Position numbers and translations under genes: made by a program. From positions 32,001 to 96,000 of the IMG/VR virus record IMGVR_UViG_2871003000_000003: a stretch of 64,000 nucleotides of DNA; one strand, 5' to 3'. The stretch is from a virus (Duplodnaviria > Caudoviricetes). The notes below the pieces were generated by a model. It was not told the DNA's origin and did not search any database. It saw only the letters and a list, made by a program, of their open reading frames with translations. Of the stretch, positions 39,612 to 50,132 are shown in pieces (positions within the stretch are counted from its first letter, which is position 1; every line of letters begins with the position of its first letter).

Positions 39612-40025
39612 TTAATCTTTTGAATAATATGGTTTATTTATAACATAAGAACCACATGGAACATATGTATTTTTGCAAACTTTACATACATTAACAGAGC
39701 ATTTACCGTTTTCGTCCATATAAGCACACTCATGACTAACTACTTCTTGTACAGCTCTTATAATATCTTTATCTTCTTCTTTTTCTCCCAAAGAATACCA
39801 ATCAATGCCGGAAATAGATTTTTTATCCAATTTCCATTCATTACCAATAAGTTCTACTGTCGCAGTATAAAAACCACAACCACAATCATTGTCTTCATAC
39901 TGTTCATTATCATAAAATCCAAACAATATAATTCTCTTTATGCTTGTATTCGGATATTTTAATACATCGTTGATATAATACCATTTACCATTCACTTTAA
40001 ATCCTGAACCATTAACCGATAACAA
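39612..40025 (-). CDS. hypothetical protein
   Basis: GGAGG RBS. Confidence 0.55.
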   Translation of the reverse strand: MLSVNGSGFKVNGKWYYINDVLKYPNTSIKRIILFGFYDNEQYEDNDCGCGFYTATVELIGNEWKLDKKSISGIDWYSLGEKEEDKDIIRAVQEVVSHECAYMDENGKCSVNVCKVCKNTYVPCGSYVINKPYYSKD

Positions 40026-41094
40026 TATATTACCTCCTCATTTGATATAAAACTTAGAATCTATCTAGAAAAATCTATTAAACTTCCACGATCTTTAATA
40101 GGTTCTCCATTAGCTGCTAAAACAGGCTCTATGCTATCTGCTAAATCAAGCCAACTGACGCTTACATGTTTCTGTTCTACATATCCATCTTCTTCCTCAA
40201 ATTCAACATCACACTCATCATCAGATTCCCACGCATAACCAATAAATTTCCCATACTGTTTTAAATTTCTATGATAAACTCTATCTCCTGTTTTAAATTT
40301 CTTTTCCATAATATCACCTCATATCATCTATTAAAACGCCTAATCTATCATATGCTTTAAAATATCTATGTGCAATTTCATTAAACATATCAGACTGACA
40401 TATTGCAATAGCAGCCTTTTCTCCAACTTCTGTTTCATATTCTATTGCTAACTCAGAAAATAGTTCCTTTTTCTCTTCTCGTTTGCATTGCACTCTTTTA
40501 TAACTTTCATAGCATTCCTTCAATTTATCGTTAGGAATGCCAATAAATAAATTTCTTCTCATAAAACGCTCCAATCTGACCAACTTTAGTCATTTAATTT
40601 GTCCCAATATTTATCAGAAGTTATGTCTTCATCAATCAATAACATATTTCCATTGTTATCAAAATGATTACACATTAATATATCATTTAATATATGAAGC
40701 ACACTAATTTCCCAATTTTTCCCGTTATCAAATTTATCAAGTTCTAATTTATGTGCGTATTGTTCAAATACTTCTTTTATATCTTTATCGGACATTTGTG
40801 ACAATTGATTTCCAATATGTTTATTTGTAGTATCCAATTATAACACCTCTCAATCCAAATAAAACCTACATTTCTTTTACTTTAATAAACATCTTTTTCG
40901 GGAGTATTTTATTACAGTTTATACACCTTCGTCTTCTACTACAAAATTCTGTAATATCTTCAGACGCTCCACATGGCTCATTATTGTAATTAAAAAACAA
41001 ATCTCTAATTACTCTTTCTGTTATATAGTATCCCTTTTCTGAACCACAAAACGGGCATATTTTTTGTTCCTTCATAATTCCCCTTCGCTTGAAA

Positions 41095-42189
41095 TCAATC
41101 ATTTATTCTCTTCAAAATTCCATACCGTTTCTTGAACATCCCAACATATTCTGGAAAATATTCAAACCAATCATAATTCACTTCTTTGATTTGATTCAAT
41201 CCAATTTTTCTTACAGCTTCTAATGCAGCGTCTTTCTGGTTGATTCTTTTCCCAAAGCAAGTCTGGCAATTAGAACCTTCTATTGTTTCATACGAGTTAA
41301 ATGTCTTATTGAAATCCATCAATGGATGAAGAGATACTGGTTTATTATTCACATTATTTACCAGAACTCCCCAGTTTCCCCAGTGACGATCAGTGTTTCC
41401 CACAAGGTAATCAATAATGTTCATCATGTAGTAATCATGCTTATCAAGTGCTAAAATATATTTTCGGATATTTCGGTCATGATTTTGCGAATACACTTCA
41501 AATGCTTCCATAGACACAATGGAAAAGTCCTTTGATGTGATATTTTCACTTATAGTTACCGGTTCTTCAGCAAATACACTTCTGTTGTATATGACCTGCT
41601 TTACATCAAAACACTGACAAATTTTACTTGATAGAAGTTCCTTCTCAACAACTTCTATTCCTCCGTCTTTCAACAGAGAAAATCCTTTTTCTGTCCGTTT
41701 CCAGGCTTTTGGGAAAACACCATTTGTAGACAAATCTTTTGCCAGATCTTCATTATTGACTGTATATTGTTTTCCACGTAGGGCAATATCAATAAATATG
41801 TTTTCCAAGTGGTTGTCATACAAATTCACTTCAGAAAATGTTATCTTTTCACCTTTATTTCTTACCCAGAAAACATCTGTCAATGATGTACACCTATATG
41901 ATAACGCCACTTTTGCTCTATCCTTGTCCGTTACAGCCTGATTCATTCCTATACTGTTCAAAATTTCTTTAGCGTATTTTCTATCCAATGTGAGAACTCT
42001 TGTTGCACACCAATAATTGAAATTTGTAATATTATTAACAAGAGTATCAACATCTTCTTCTTCTTCAAGATATAGGTTATACGGCATAAAACTTTTGTAA
42101 TACACCTTACATCTTCCAGAAGAATCAATTCTTGCAACTCTTCTATCTTTATGCATAATTTCAAAAATATCGCTGTTCATATTATACAT
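41095..42189 (-). CDS. HipA-like / CtkA-family kinase
   Basis: SLTDVFW, LSTNGVFPKAW, LLK, DYLVGNTDRHWGNWG, PLMDFN. Confidence 0.8.
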   Translation of the reverse strand: MYNMNSDIFEIMHKDRRVARIDSSGRCKVYYKSFMPYNLYLEEEEDVDTLVNNITNFNYWCATRVLTLDRKYAKEILNSIGMNQAVTDKDRAKVALSYRCTSLTDVFWVRNKGEKITFSEVNLYDNHLENIFIDIALRGKQYTVNNEDLAKDLSTNGVFPKAWKRTEKGFSLLKDGGIEVVEKELLSSKICQCFDVKQVIYNRSVFAEEPVTISENITSKDFSIVSMEAFEVYSQNHDRNIRKYILALDKHDYYMMNIIDYLVGNTDRHWGNWGVLVNNVNNKPVSLHPLMDFNKTFNSYETIEGSNCQTCFGKRINQKDAALEAVRKIGLNQIKEVNYDWFEYFPEYVGMFKKRYGILKRIND

Positions 42190-42579
42190 TCCTTTTCAAA
42201 ATTTCCGTTACCTGCTGCGTAGTAATTCCATATATTTTTGCAACTTTTTTCTTGTCTTTGTATTTTTCATATTCTTCTATAATGTCATTCTCTGTCCAGT
42301 TCTGGTGAACTACCCACGAGCTAAAGCTAATGGGATTGCGAGCCTAATTAATTCAACCGGCTCATTCATAAAGTTTTCCATCATGGTTTCTCCAATTTTC
42401 CAATTTTCCAAAATACTCTCTACGGAATCATACGGACAAAACAACTTCCCGCTTCTCAACATAATTACATCAACCTTTTTCTTATCTCTGTAGATTTTCG
42501 TAAGTTCTGTGCTTATCTCATATGTTTGTCCTGTGCGAAACCCCATACTTCCGTCTCTACCAATATATTTTCCTCTCAA
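42182..42579 (-). pseudogene. small ORF interrupted by a 47-bp IS200/IS605-type insertion
   Basis: Removing 42305-42351 restores ..EPVE|QNWTENDIIEEY..KRNV*. Confidence 0.7.
42305..42351 (-). mobile_element. 47-bp non-autonomous IS200/IS605-type element (PATE-like), copy 1
   Basis: Inserted 3' of TTGAA, no TSD, ends TTCAC, internal CCCA..AGC-TAAA-GCT..TGGG hairpin; 45 bp identical to copy 2. Confidence 0.8.
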
Positions 42580-42614
42580 TATCGTACCTCCATTACATAT
42601 TATTTTAACACATA

Positions 42615-43610
42615 TTACAAATCAAGTACAGCATCTGCTATAGTAGATTCATCCATGTGTACATAGTATCTTGCTGCTGTTTCCAAATTCTTGTGCCTTA
42701 ATTGTCTTTGAACAAGAACAATATCTTTTGTTTCTTCATACAATTTACTTCCAACCCAATGTCTTAACATATGTGGGTAAATTTCACCTTCCGAATATAA
42801 ATTAAAAAACCCTGTAATTGCACCTTTACTTAATCTGTTATTTTCATTTGATAAAAACAATGCATTATCTTTAATTTTTCTCTCTGTTACGAAAAAAGTT
42901 CTAATTTTCAAATACTCCTCAATATTCATTCTAGCCTGTTCAGACATATAAACTTTATCATATTCTTGTATATTTCCCTTTCCAAGAATCATCATATACG
43001 GTCTTTTTTCTTCGTGTAGATGTAAATCGGAAATATCCATATTTATTAGTTCTTCTGAACGAATACCACTTCCCTTTATAAGTTGAACGATGGCAATATT
43101 TCTAATAATATTAAATTCATTTTTATTTCCATCTGTGATATTTACTAAGAATTTTTCCACTTGCTCATCTGTTGGGATTTCTACTTCTTTATATCTTTTT
43201 TCAGATTTATATAGATTGCCAGGTATATGTGAAATCACATTATCATCGACATATTTATTTTGTCGTAAATAATTCCAAAAAGCACTGAATACATTCTTCT
43301 TTGTATTGATAGAATCCAGTGAATTTGTTCTTCCTAAAAATCCATTTTTTAATTCGTTAAGATATTTAATAAGATTATTACTAGTAATAATCTGTATATC
43401 TGTTTCATTGATTTCTGCTATGCTTTGTTTATTTATATATTTATTATTGATCATCCAATTAAGCATATCTCTAATATATATCCAATTAACTCTCTTTGTA
43501 GCCGCTGATTTATATCTATCAAAAAAATCTGATATAAAATCAGGAATATCTTTTAATTCTTTTGCAAGTTTTTGTTCTATTTTTCTTTGTTTTTCAATTT
43601 TATAACACAT
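42615..43610 (-). CDS. tyrosine recombinase/integrase-family protein
   Basis: SGIRSEEL, GKGN, HMLRH, QLRHKNLETAARYY. Confidence 0.9.
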   Translation of the reverse strand: MCYKIEKQRKIEQKLAKELKDIPDFISDFFDRYKSAATKRVNWIYIRDMLNWMINNKYINKQSIAEINETDIQIITSNNLIKYLNELKNGFLGRTNSLDSINTKKNVFSAFWNYLRQNKYVDDNVISHIPGNLYKSEKRYKEVEIPTDEQVEKFLVNITDGNKNEFNIIRNIAIVQLIKGSGIRSEELINMDISDLHLHEEKRPYMMILGKGNIQEYDKVYMSEQARMNIEEYLKIRTFFVTERKIKDNALFLSNENNRLSKGAITGFFNLYSEGEIYPHMLRHWVGSKLYEETKDIVLVQRQLRHKNLETAARYYVHMDESTIADAVLDL

Positions 43611-44086
43611 ATAATATTCTCCTAAAATCCCAATGCTTCTGCAATATCTATTTTCTTTTGTAAATATTCTAATGCAGACAATCGTTCTGCAAATTCTTTT
43701 GATTCTTTTCCATGAAAATAACTAATCTCCCACAATTCTCCATCATCTGTTCTATAATATTTCTGTTCTTGTGGCTTATTATTCCGAGTAAGGTATTCAT
43801 ATACATTTCGACAATACAATTTTTCATATTCTCCTAATAGAATATCTTCTCTTTTAATCTCCTTCACATTTAATACCTTCTTTCTTTAAAATCGTGTTCC
43901 ATGTAATAAACCTTCGGCTTTCATTTCTGTAGCGAATTCAAAATCAACGTTGCAAATGTTGTAACTGTTATACATGGAGTTCTCCATATTCTTTATTCCC
44001 CTTTTTACTCTTTTACTGTGTTCTTTGAACAAATATTCCATGCTATCCTTTTCTCTTCTCATAATATTCCTCCTGTTTTTGCAATA

Positions 44087-44116
44087 AAAAAACAATCAGA
44101 TATCCCCGATTGTTTT
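44087..44116 (-). terminator. intrinsic terminator
   Basis: AAACAATCGG-GGATAT-CTGATTGTTT followed by a U-run. Confidence 0.6.
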
Positions 44117-44452
44117 AATTGATTAGCTTTCTTTTCTTATATACACTACAAAAGTCACCAGGACAATTTCTGATGACTTCTAACTATACATACACTATCT
44201 TCCTTTTTTTGCTTTCTTCCATTCATATTCCCATCGTTCATCTTCTGACATTTTACTTGTCTTATGATCTTCCGCCAATGTAAACAAACCTCCAATAACA
44301 AGAACAATCAACCCAAAAATAATTCCACCCATAATGTTTACCTCCAAATATTTTTTACTTTAAACTATCACTGAGATTTTCCAAAAACGCACATAGCATC
44401 AATAAAAATATTCCTCCAATTAACGCTCCCATATGCATATCCCCACCCTTCA

Positions 44453-45004
44453 TTATCCATTATATATGTAAGCACACTTATGTGCAACACCACTCTGCGT
44501 TCTTCCTAACTCTTTTGCAACTTCTCTATAAGACATTCCTCTACGCAACATGGATTTTGCATAGTTTATTTCCATATCTGTCCAGTATTTTCCTTTGTTT
44601 GGTCTGTCATATGAGAATTTTTCACACCTTACCCACGCCGGTTCCAAAGCCAATGTCATACAATTATACCTAGACCAGTTGATAATATCCTTATGCTGTT
44701 CAGCCCATTTCCAAAAATTTTCAAGATCAATCATATATTTTGTGCAGCACGAACATTTAAATTTCCGACATGGAAGATCATATTGATTTATCCACTTCAT
44801 GACTACCTTATGAGTAACATTGAAACACTCAGCAAGTTTATTCACGCTTAAAACATCATGCACCTTGCTCAAGCCCATATCCAAAGCCTTTTTTACAACT
44901 GCACGTTCTGTTCTATTAAGTCTTTTTGCTGTAATTGACACAGCCTGATTCAAATATTTCGATTCCAAATACCTAATCTCTCTGTCTGTCCATCTTTGAG
45001 CCAT
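44453..45004 (-). CDS. DNA-binding protein with repeated W-T-x-x-E HTH modules
   Basis: WTDREIRYL..A.RLNRT and WTDMEI..AKELGRT. Confidence 0.65.
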   Translation of the reverse strand: MAQRWTDREIRYLESKYLNQAVSITAKRLNRTERAVVKKALDMGLSKVHDVLSVNKLAECFNVTHKVVMKWINQYDLPCRKFKCSCCTKYMIDLENFWKWAEQHKDIINWSRYNCMTLALEPAWVRCEKFSYDRPNKGKYWTDMEINYAKSMLRRGMSYREVAKELGRTQSGVAHKCAYIYNG

Positions 45005-45006
45005 AT

Positions 45007-45315
45007 TTACACAATCTCCCTAGGAATATAATCTGCAAGGTAATCTTCTTGTCTCTCTTTGAAACGTATTTTTAAATATCCAACATAGTGGAATTTAATT
45101 CCATTCTCTTCGAGCAATCCCTTAAAAATATCTCCAATAGGTTCACATACATCTGTACATGAATTAAACTTTCTAGTTGCTTCTCCGGCAAGATTCTCCA
45201 CCTCTCTCTGTCTATCTAATGGAATCTGATATACTTCTGGTCTTGCTCCGTAACCTTCTTTGTATTCATTGTTATAGGTTCCATCAAAATCCAATACAAA
45301 TAATGTCCACATCAT
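45007..45315 (-). CDS. hypothetical protein
   Basis: ORF with AGGAG RBS. Confidence 0.5.
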   Translation of the reverse strand: MMWTLFVLDFDGTYNNEYKEGYGARPEVYQIPLDRQREVENLAGEATRKFNSCTDVCEPIGDIFKGLLEENGIKFHYVGYLKIRFKERQEDYLADYIPREIV

Positions 45316-45899
45316 AATTTCTTACTCCTTTATTTCCTGCTGCCAATTCTTTTAATATTGTCATTTCTCTCTCAAAAGAAATGTGAATTTCATTACTACT
45401 CATTGTTCTTTTCTATCATGGGGAATATCCAGCCTGTTTTATTATTGGGAAACAAAACGTCATAATTGATTTTATGTAATTGAAACTCTGTTCCACATCT
45501 TTCACAGGCAAAAATTTTTCCGTCATACATTCCAATAATCCCACCACATTTGCAATTAATGTGACTATATCTTTTCATGTTTACCTCAATTATCATTCTG
45601 GGTCTATCCAATATTTACATACCACCATCCAGTATATCTATCCACTTCATTATTTCTTTCGTCTTCTTCCGGATCGTAATATCCTGTATTTATTTCGACT
45701 TCTTCACCTTGTGTTCTATATAATGTCGTAAGCATATCTGCAACTGTGTTTGCTGCACTCTCTGTTCTTACTAGAATTTCAGAACCTCCATCTGTCCAAA
45801 TTTCTCCTTCAGAATAATCTCTTAGTCTTTCTGTAATTAGATCAATCCAATTCAATTTATCCATACCTTCCCATCCTTTCCACACAAGAAATGCGACTT

Positions 45900-46253
45900 T
45901 CATTGTGTCATTCGTTTAATCTTTTGCCAATCAATCTGTTCAAATAATGTCTGATTGAACTCCGTCAATTCTTCTGCTCTTTCGCATTGCTCACAGTAAT
46001 CATCAATATTATCAAAATAATTATCTTCTGTTTCCAAATACCAATCTTCATAGTCTGCAATCTCTGGATTGTAAACTTGCAAACCACCAGTATTGCAATA
46101 ATCTGGTTTAATATTATTCTGCAACTGGAAAGCGTCATATGCAGCAAGAATATCCATTACTTTCTTTCCTTCTTCTACACTCTTTACCGGAATGTAAAAT
46201 GCGTCACTTAATCCTACTTGCGGAATCCACCACACTCTTAATTTTTCTTTCAT
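45900..46253 (-). CDS. P22 gp17-like (superinfection-exclusion-related) protein
   Basis: LRVWWIPQV..AAYDAFQL.NNIKPDYCNTGGL. Confidence 0.65.
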   Translation of the reverse strand: MKEKLRVWWIPQVGLSDAFYIPVKSVEEGKKVMDILAAYDAFQLQNNIKPDYCNTGGLQVYNPEIADYEDWYLETEDNYFDNIDDYCEQCERAEELTEFNQTLFEQIDWQKIKRMTQ

Positions 46254-46270
46254 AGTTTTTATTTCCTTTC

Positions 46271-46570
46271 CTACGCTTCATAATCAAATTCTTCAAACCC
46301 ACCATTATCTTCCACATAAACCTTGTACCCACTTATCCATGGGTCTTTACAATCTCTAAAATTGTTTGGATGATATGTGTTATTTTTATCATCTTCTATC
46401 TCACATTCATAGTGTGCAAATATCATATTAATAAGATTTTCCATTGATGTTTTTGGTTCATATCCATGTTCTCTGATCCACGCTGCCATTGTGTCATAAT
46501 CACACCATTTTTCTTCTGGATATGTAGAATAATCTTCTTCCTCATGCCATCTTCCATATGTATCTACCAT
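46271..46570 (-). CDS. hypothetical acidic protein
   Basis: ORF with RBS, bounded by a junction palindrome. Confidence 0.5.
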   Translation of the reverse strand: MVDTYGRWHEEEDYSTYPEEKWCDYDTMAAWIREHGYEPKTSMENLINMIFAHYECEIEDDKNNTYHPNNFRDCKDPWISGYKVYVEDNGGFEEFDYEA

Positions 46571-46819
46571 AGTTATTTACACCTCTTTCCATAAGAAATA
46601 CGAGTTTCAAAGAAAATCCATCAACTGATTTTCTAACATTTCTTCCAATTCATCATCTACACTACAATTATGGTCACATTCTGGATTGCAGCAAACACAC
46701 CGTACTTCTGGATAATGTTTGCATTGTCCTGTTTTATTAATATTCTTTCTATAACTTTTTCCATCTTTTTCGATTATTTGAAAAGCCATATTAAAACCAC
46801 CTTAGATAAATTTCCGATT

Positions 46820-47107
46820 CTATTCTTCTATAATCAATTTCTTTCCGCATATCGGACAAAATTTTACTTTATACATATCAATTCCAAAATCATATCCACA
46901 ACATGTAGCCACTCCATCAATCAAGTATGACTCATTTATTTCTTCTACTTCACACCATGAATCCGTACAATTATATGGTGACTCCCTACGTCCTTTCATA
47001 ATATCATCTTTTACAATTTCTTCCGCTTCTTCTTTACTATTTGCTTCTACTTCATATGTTTTGCCATATGTTTCATAATAATCTACAATATATTTTGCCA
47101 TAATCAT
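46820..47107 (-). CDS. hypothetical protein with C-terminal Zn ribbon
   Basis: EVEANSKEEA..FCPICGKK. Confidence 0.55.
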   Translation of the reverse strand: MIMAKYIVDYYETYGKTYEVEANSKEEAEEIVKDDIMKGRRESPYNCTDSWCEVEEINESYLIDGVATCCGYDFGIDMYKVKFCPICGKKLIIEE

Positions 47108-47113
47108 TTTCTC

Positions 47114-47509
47114 CTACAATCCCATCAAATCTTTTACAACACTTACACCATAACTTTCCTCAAACCAATCACAGATTGACGTTCTATGCCATCCTGCTGC
47201 GAATCCATTCCACTCTTCCTCAATACATTCTGTATTAGGGTTCATCGGAACATTGCCAAAATCTAACCATAAATCCTTAATATATTGTGCGCGTCTATAC
47301 TCATAACTATCATTCATACCACGATCAACAATACATGCTAAATCATCATCTGTGATCAAGAATTTCCGTTCTGTGCAATAGTCCATTATCGCATTGTATT
47401 CCTTGTCACAAAATTCTGTATCATCTTCAATTTGATCAATTTTCAGTTCTTTTAGATATTCTCTTAATGACATACTATTTTCCCTCTTTCCAATGTTCCA
47501 TATCTTCAT
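47114..47509 (-). CDS. hypothetical protein
   Basis: ORF in operon. Confidence 0.5.
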   Translation of the reverse strand: MKIWNIGKRENSMSLREYLKELKIDQIEDDTEFCDKEYNAIMDYCTERKFLITDDDLACIVDRGMNDSYEYRRAQYIKDLWLDFGNVPMNPNTECIEEEWNGFAAGWHRTSICDWFEESYGVSVVKDLMGL

Positions 47510-47726
47510 TTTTCAATGCGATCATTTCCAACATTTGCAGCGTACTGAAACATTCATTTTGTTTTAAAATTTCCAGTTCTTCTGTGATACACTTTACTTC
47601 TTCATCTTTGTATTCTAAAGAGTCCGCATAATCCATATCTAAAGACAGATTATATAATATTTTCGCAATTTTCTGTAAATCCATAATATACCATCCTTCC
47701 TCTTATGAAAGCATTCTTTCGTTCTG

Positions 47727-48023
47727 TTAAATAAATTCAATTTCCCATATAGCATTTTCACGAAAATACTGTTTGCAAAGTCCGTTTTCAAATTTCCAGT
47801 CGGATGCTTTTCCATATTTAATCCAACTTCCTTTCCCATTGTTGGCTAATGTAATTTTGCTATCTGGTTTTTCATCTTCGATACTGTAAAACCCGTTTGT
47901 CTGTACTACATTCGGCTTTCTAATCTGCCCCTCATATTCTGATCTGATATAGTGTTTTCTAATAATAAATTTACGTCCCTCTTTGATTACTCTTTTTAAC
48001 TGTGCTAAATTTTTAATTTCCAT
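47727..48023 (-). CDS. hypothetical protein
   Basis: GGAGG RBS. Confidence 0.55.
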   Translation of the reverse strand: MEIKNLAQLKRVIKEGRKFIIRKHYIRSEYEGQIRKPNVVQTNGFYSIEDEKPDSKITLANNGKGSWIKYGKASDWKFENGLCKQYFRENAIWEIEFI

Positions 48024-48278
48024 GTTTATTTCCTCCCAATAACTAATCCCTGTTACAATAATCTAAAAAAGCGCCTATTGTTTCTTCTGCTTCGCACCTA
48101 GTCAAATATCTTCGCTTTTTACTTTTCTTTCTATGTAATGGTAATCCACACATCTTGCGTTCATTATTTCTTAATAACATTTTGTCCGTTTTTTGTTTCT
48201 TCCTGGTATTTATGTTCATACTCATTTCACCTCTTAAAATCGTGCTTTCATATGCTCTCTATATAATAGATATATTAT

Positions 48279-48584
48279 TTATAAAATTTCAAAATGCATT
48301 CCCTCGAAAAGTAAAACACATCCATTTTCATCGTTTGTCATCCATGTTTTTGTTCTTCCATCTTTATTACTTACACCTGTGTACTGTTCTTTTTTCCACT
48401 CTTCTTTTCTGAAAATATAATACTTGTGAATTCCTGTTTCACATTCTGGGTATTTTCCCTCTAAATGTAAGGCAGCTTTTTTTGCTTCTATTTCTGTTTC
48501 ATGTATGGATTCTTCAATCCTTTTCCATCCACATTCTTTATCTTTCATACAGGCATATGCCTTAAATTTAATAATCATATTCAA
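48279..48584 (-). CDS. hypothetical protein
   Basis: GGAGG RBS after a junction palindrome. Confidence 0.55.
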   Translation of the reverse strand: MNMIIKFKAYACMKDKECGWKRIEESIHETEIEAKKAALHLEGKYPECETGIHKYYIFRKEEWKKEQYTGVSNKDGRTKTWMTNDENGCVLLFEGMHFEIL

Positions 48585-48615
48585 AACCTCCTCTTGAAAT
48601 TATCTTTTCATGTAA

Positions 48616-48870
48616 TTATTTTAAAGAAATTTTCCACCCTATTCCCTTTTCTTCAATCTTAAATCCATGTTTTTCAAAGATATTCTTGACATCACCACAA
48701 ATTGATACTGTGCTATGTGTAATATCTCTAATAATAGAGTTGTAACAATGTACTAATTCTTCTGCCGAATATGGTACGAGATTATATTTTTTTAATTTCC
48801 CATTGTCATAAACTTCTTCCAATATTCTTCTTATTTTTAATAATTTATTCTGTTCTGTTTTAGTAAACAT
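48616..48870 (-). CDS. hypothetical protein
   Basis: GGAGG RBS. Confidence 0.55.
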   Translation of the reverse strand: MFTKTEQNKLLKIRRILEEVYDNGKLKKYNLVPYSAEELVHCYNSIIRDITHSTVSICGDVKNIFEKHGFKIEEKGIGWKISLK

Positions 48871-48915
48871 AACTATTTCCTCCCGATAAAATCATTATTT
48901 GTTTCCATAACATAC

Positions 48916-48936
48916 GGAACAGCAAAAAGCTGTTCC
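48916..48936 (-). promoter_or_regulatory. hairpin downstream of VR2 (candidate DGR target-recognition element)
   Basis: GGAACAGC-TTTTT-GCTGTTCC perfect 8-bp stem, 62 bp from the VR2 end. Confidence 0.6.
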
Positions 48937-48957
48937 TGACTGTTCCAAAGTTCTACG

Positions 48958-49611
48958 TTATTCAACTGATACACAGATTGAAGAGTCTAAAGAGCAAAAC
49001 GGACGAACCCCATAAACGCCCCAACCGCAACCGCCGCAGCGCACGAAACCACGACTGCCAACAAACTGAACACAGGAAGCCGAGCATCCTTCATTTGTAC
49101 TGTCTGGTGTATCTAACCAAAACGGTTTTTCATTTTCTGTCCTAAACATACCATTCTTCCTGGCTTTTCTGTAATCATCAAAAGTTCCTAAATGCACCTT
49201 ACAATCACATGTTCCGTAAGTGTGCAACCCATCCATAGATAGTAAATCAACTGTATCAATCAATACATTTTCTTTTCCAAACCCTTTATAGATATCAGTC
49301 AGAATATCCCCATTTTCATCATTCAACACATTCTTGATTTCAGAAGTTCTAAAATCATTTAATTCACTGTCGAATCTATAAGTTTTTTCAAGAAGTTCTT
49401 TTTTCCAAACTTTGGTTCTATTGTTCTCAATATCCTGTTCCACCACATACCATTCATTTCCAATGTCGTCTACAATCACGTTTCCAACCTTGCATTCATA
49501 AAGTGGTTTGCTCTGTCTTATTCCTAAAGACTTCCTTAGTTCTTCTGTTAATTCGATCACCAGGTTATTTCCTTCTACTTTTACATTTGTCTTATTTACT
49601 TCGATATTCAT
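48958..49611 (-). CDS. DGR target protein 2 (remote; DUF6273/CLec-like)
   Basis: LLSMDG, FWLDTP, C-terminal VR ending GVRPF; paralog of target 1. Confidence 0.88.
   Translation of the reverse strand: MNIEVNKTNVKVEGNNLVIELTEELRKSLGIRQSKPLYECKVGNVIVDDIGNEWYVVEQDIENNRTKVWKKELLEKTYRFDSELNDFRTSEIKNVLNDENGDILTDIYKGFGKENVLIDTVDLLSMDGLHTYGTCDCKVHLGTFDDYRKARKNGMFRTENEKPFWLDTPDSTNEGCSASCVQFVGSRGFVRCGGCGWGVYGVRPFCSLDSSICVSVE
48998..49079 (-). repeat. DGR variable repeat VR2
   Basis: 82-bp ungapped match to TR; 20 mismatches, all at TR adenines. Confidence 0.95.
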
Positions 49612-49643
49612 AATATTTTCCTCTACTTTCTTTCTAATAATTC

Positions 49644-49892
49644 TTACTTACAAAATGGTTTCCAGTACACGATCAGCGCCACACCTAATACAGTAATATA
49701 TACTTTTGCATCCGTTTCTGTCATAAACAACGCGATAAGAAGAAAAATCAATCCAGAGAACTTTTGAAAGTTCAGTCTGCGCTTCCACCGTTTAAACTTC
49801 TGGCTCGTAGCAGCTATAACATATCCTTCTAACCATTCTTTATTATGTTTCTTCCATTCTTTTTCCGTCATAACTGTTTCAATCACATTCAT
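49644..49892 (-). CDS. small membrane protein
   Basis: Two C-terminal TM segments. Confidence 0.55.
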   Translation of the reverse strand: MNVIETVMTEKEWKKHNKEWLEGYVIAATSQKFKRWKRRLNFQKFSGLIFLLIALFMTETDAKVYITVLGVALIVYWKPFCK

Positions 49893-50132
49893 TTCTTATT
49901 TCCTCCATTCCTCATATATTGTTCACTACGTTGTTATACTCCCATTTTTCCACCACTGATACACCGCCTTTTGTTCTTACAGTGCAATACTTCTTTCCGC
50001 AAATTGTAAATTCGCTCAAAATCTCCATTGTATTATTCTCCTTTGTTGTTGTGTTTATTTGTTGTATTTTTTATTTCCCTGAAATCATTCTGCAAGCTGT
50101 GACACTCACAGAACGTAATATGTAAGTTTTTC

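Noticed and set aside
42615-43610. Recombinase as the prophage integrase marking an att boundary
   Set aside because: Phage-like genes continue on both sides and no att duplication or host gene is visible
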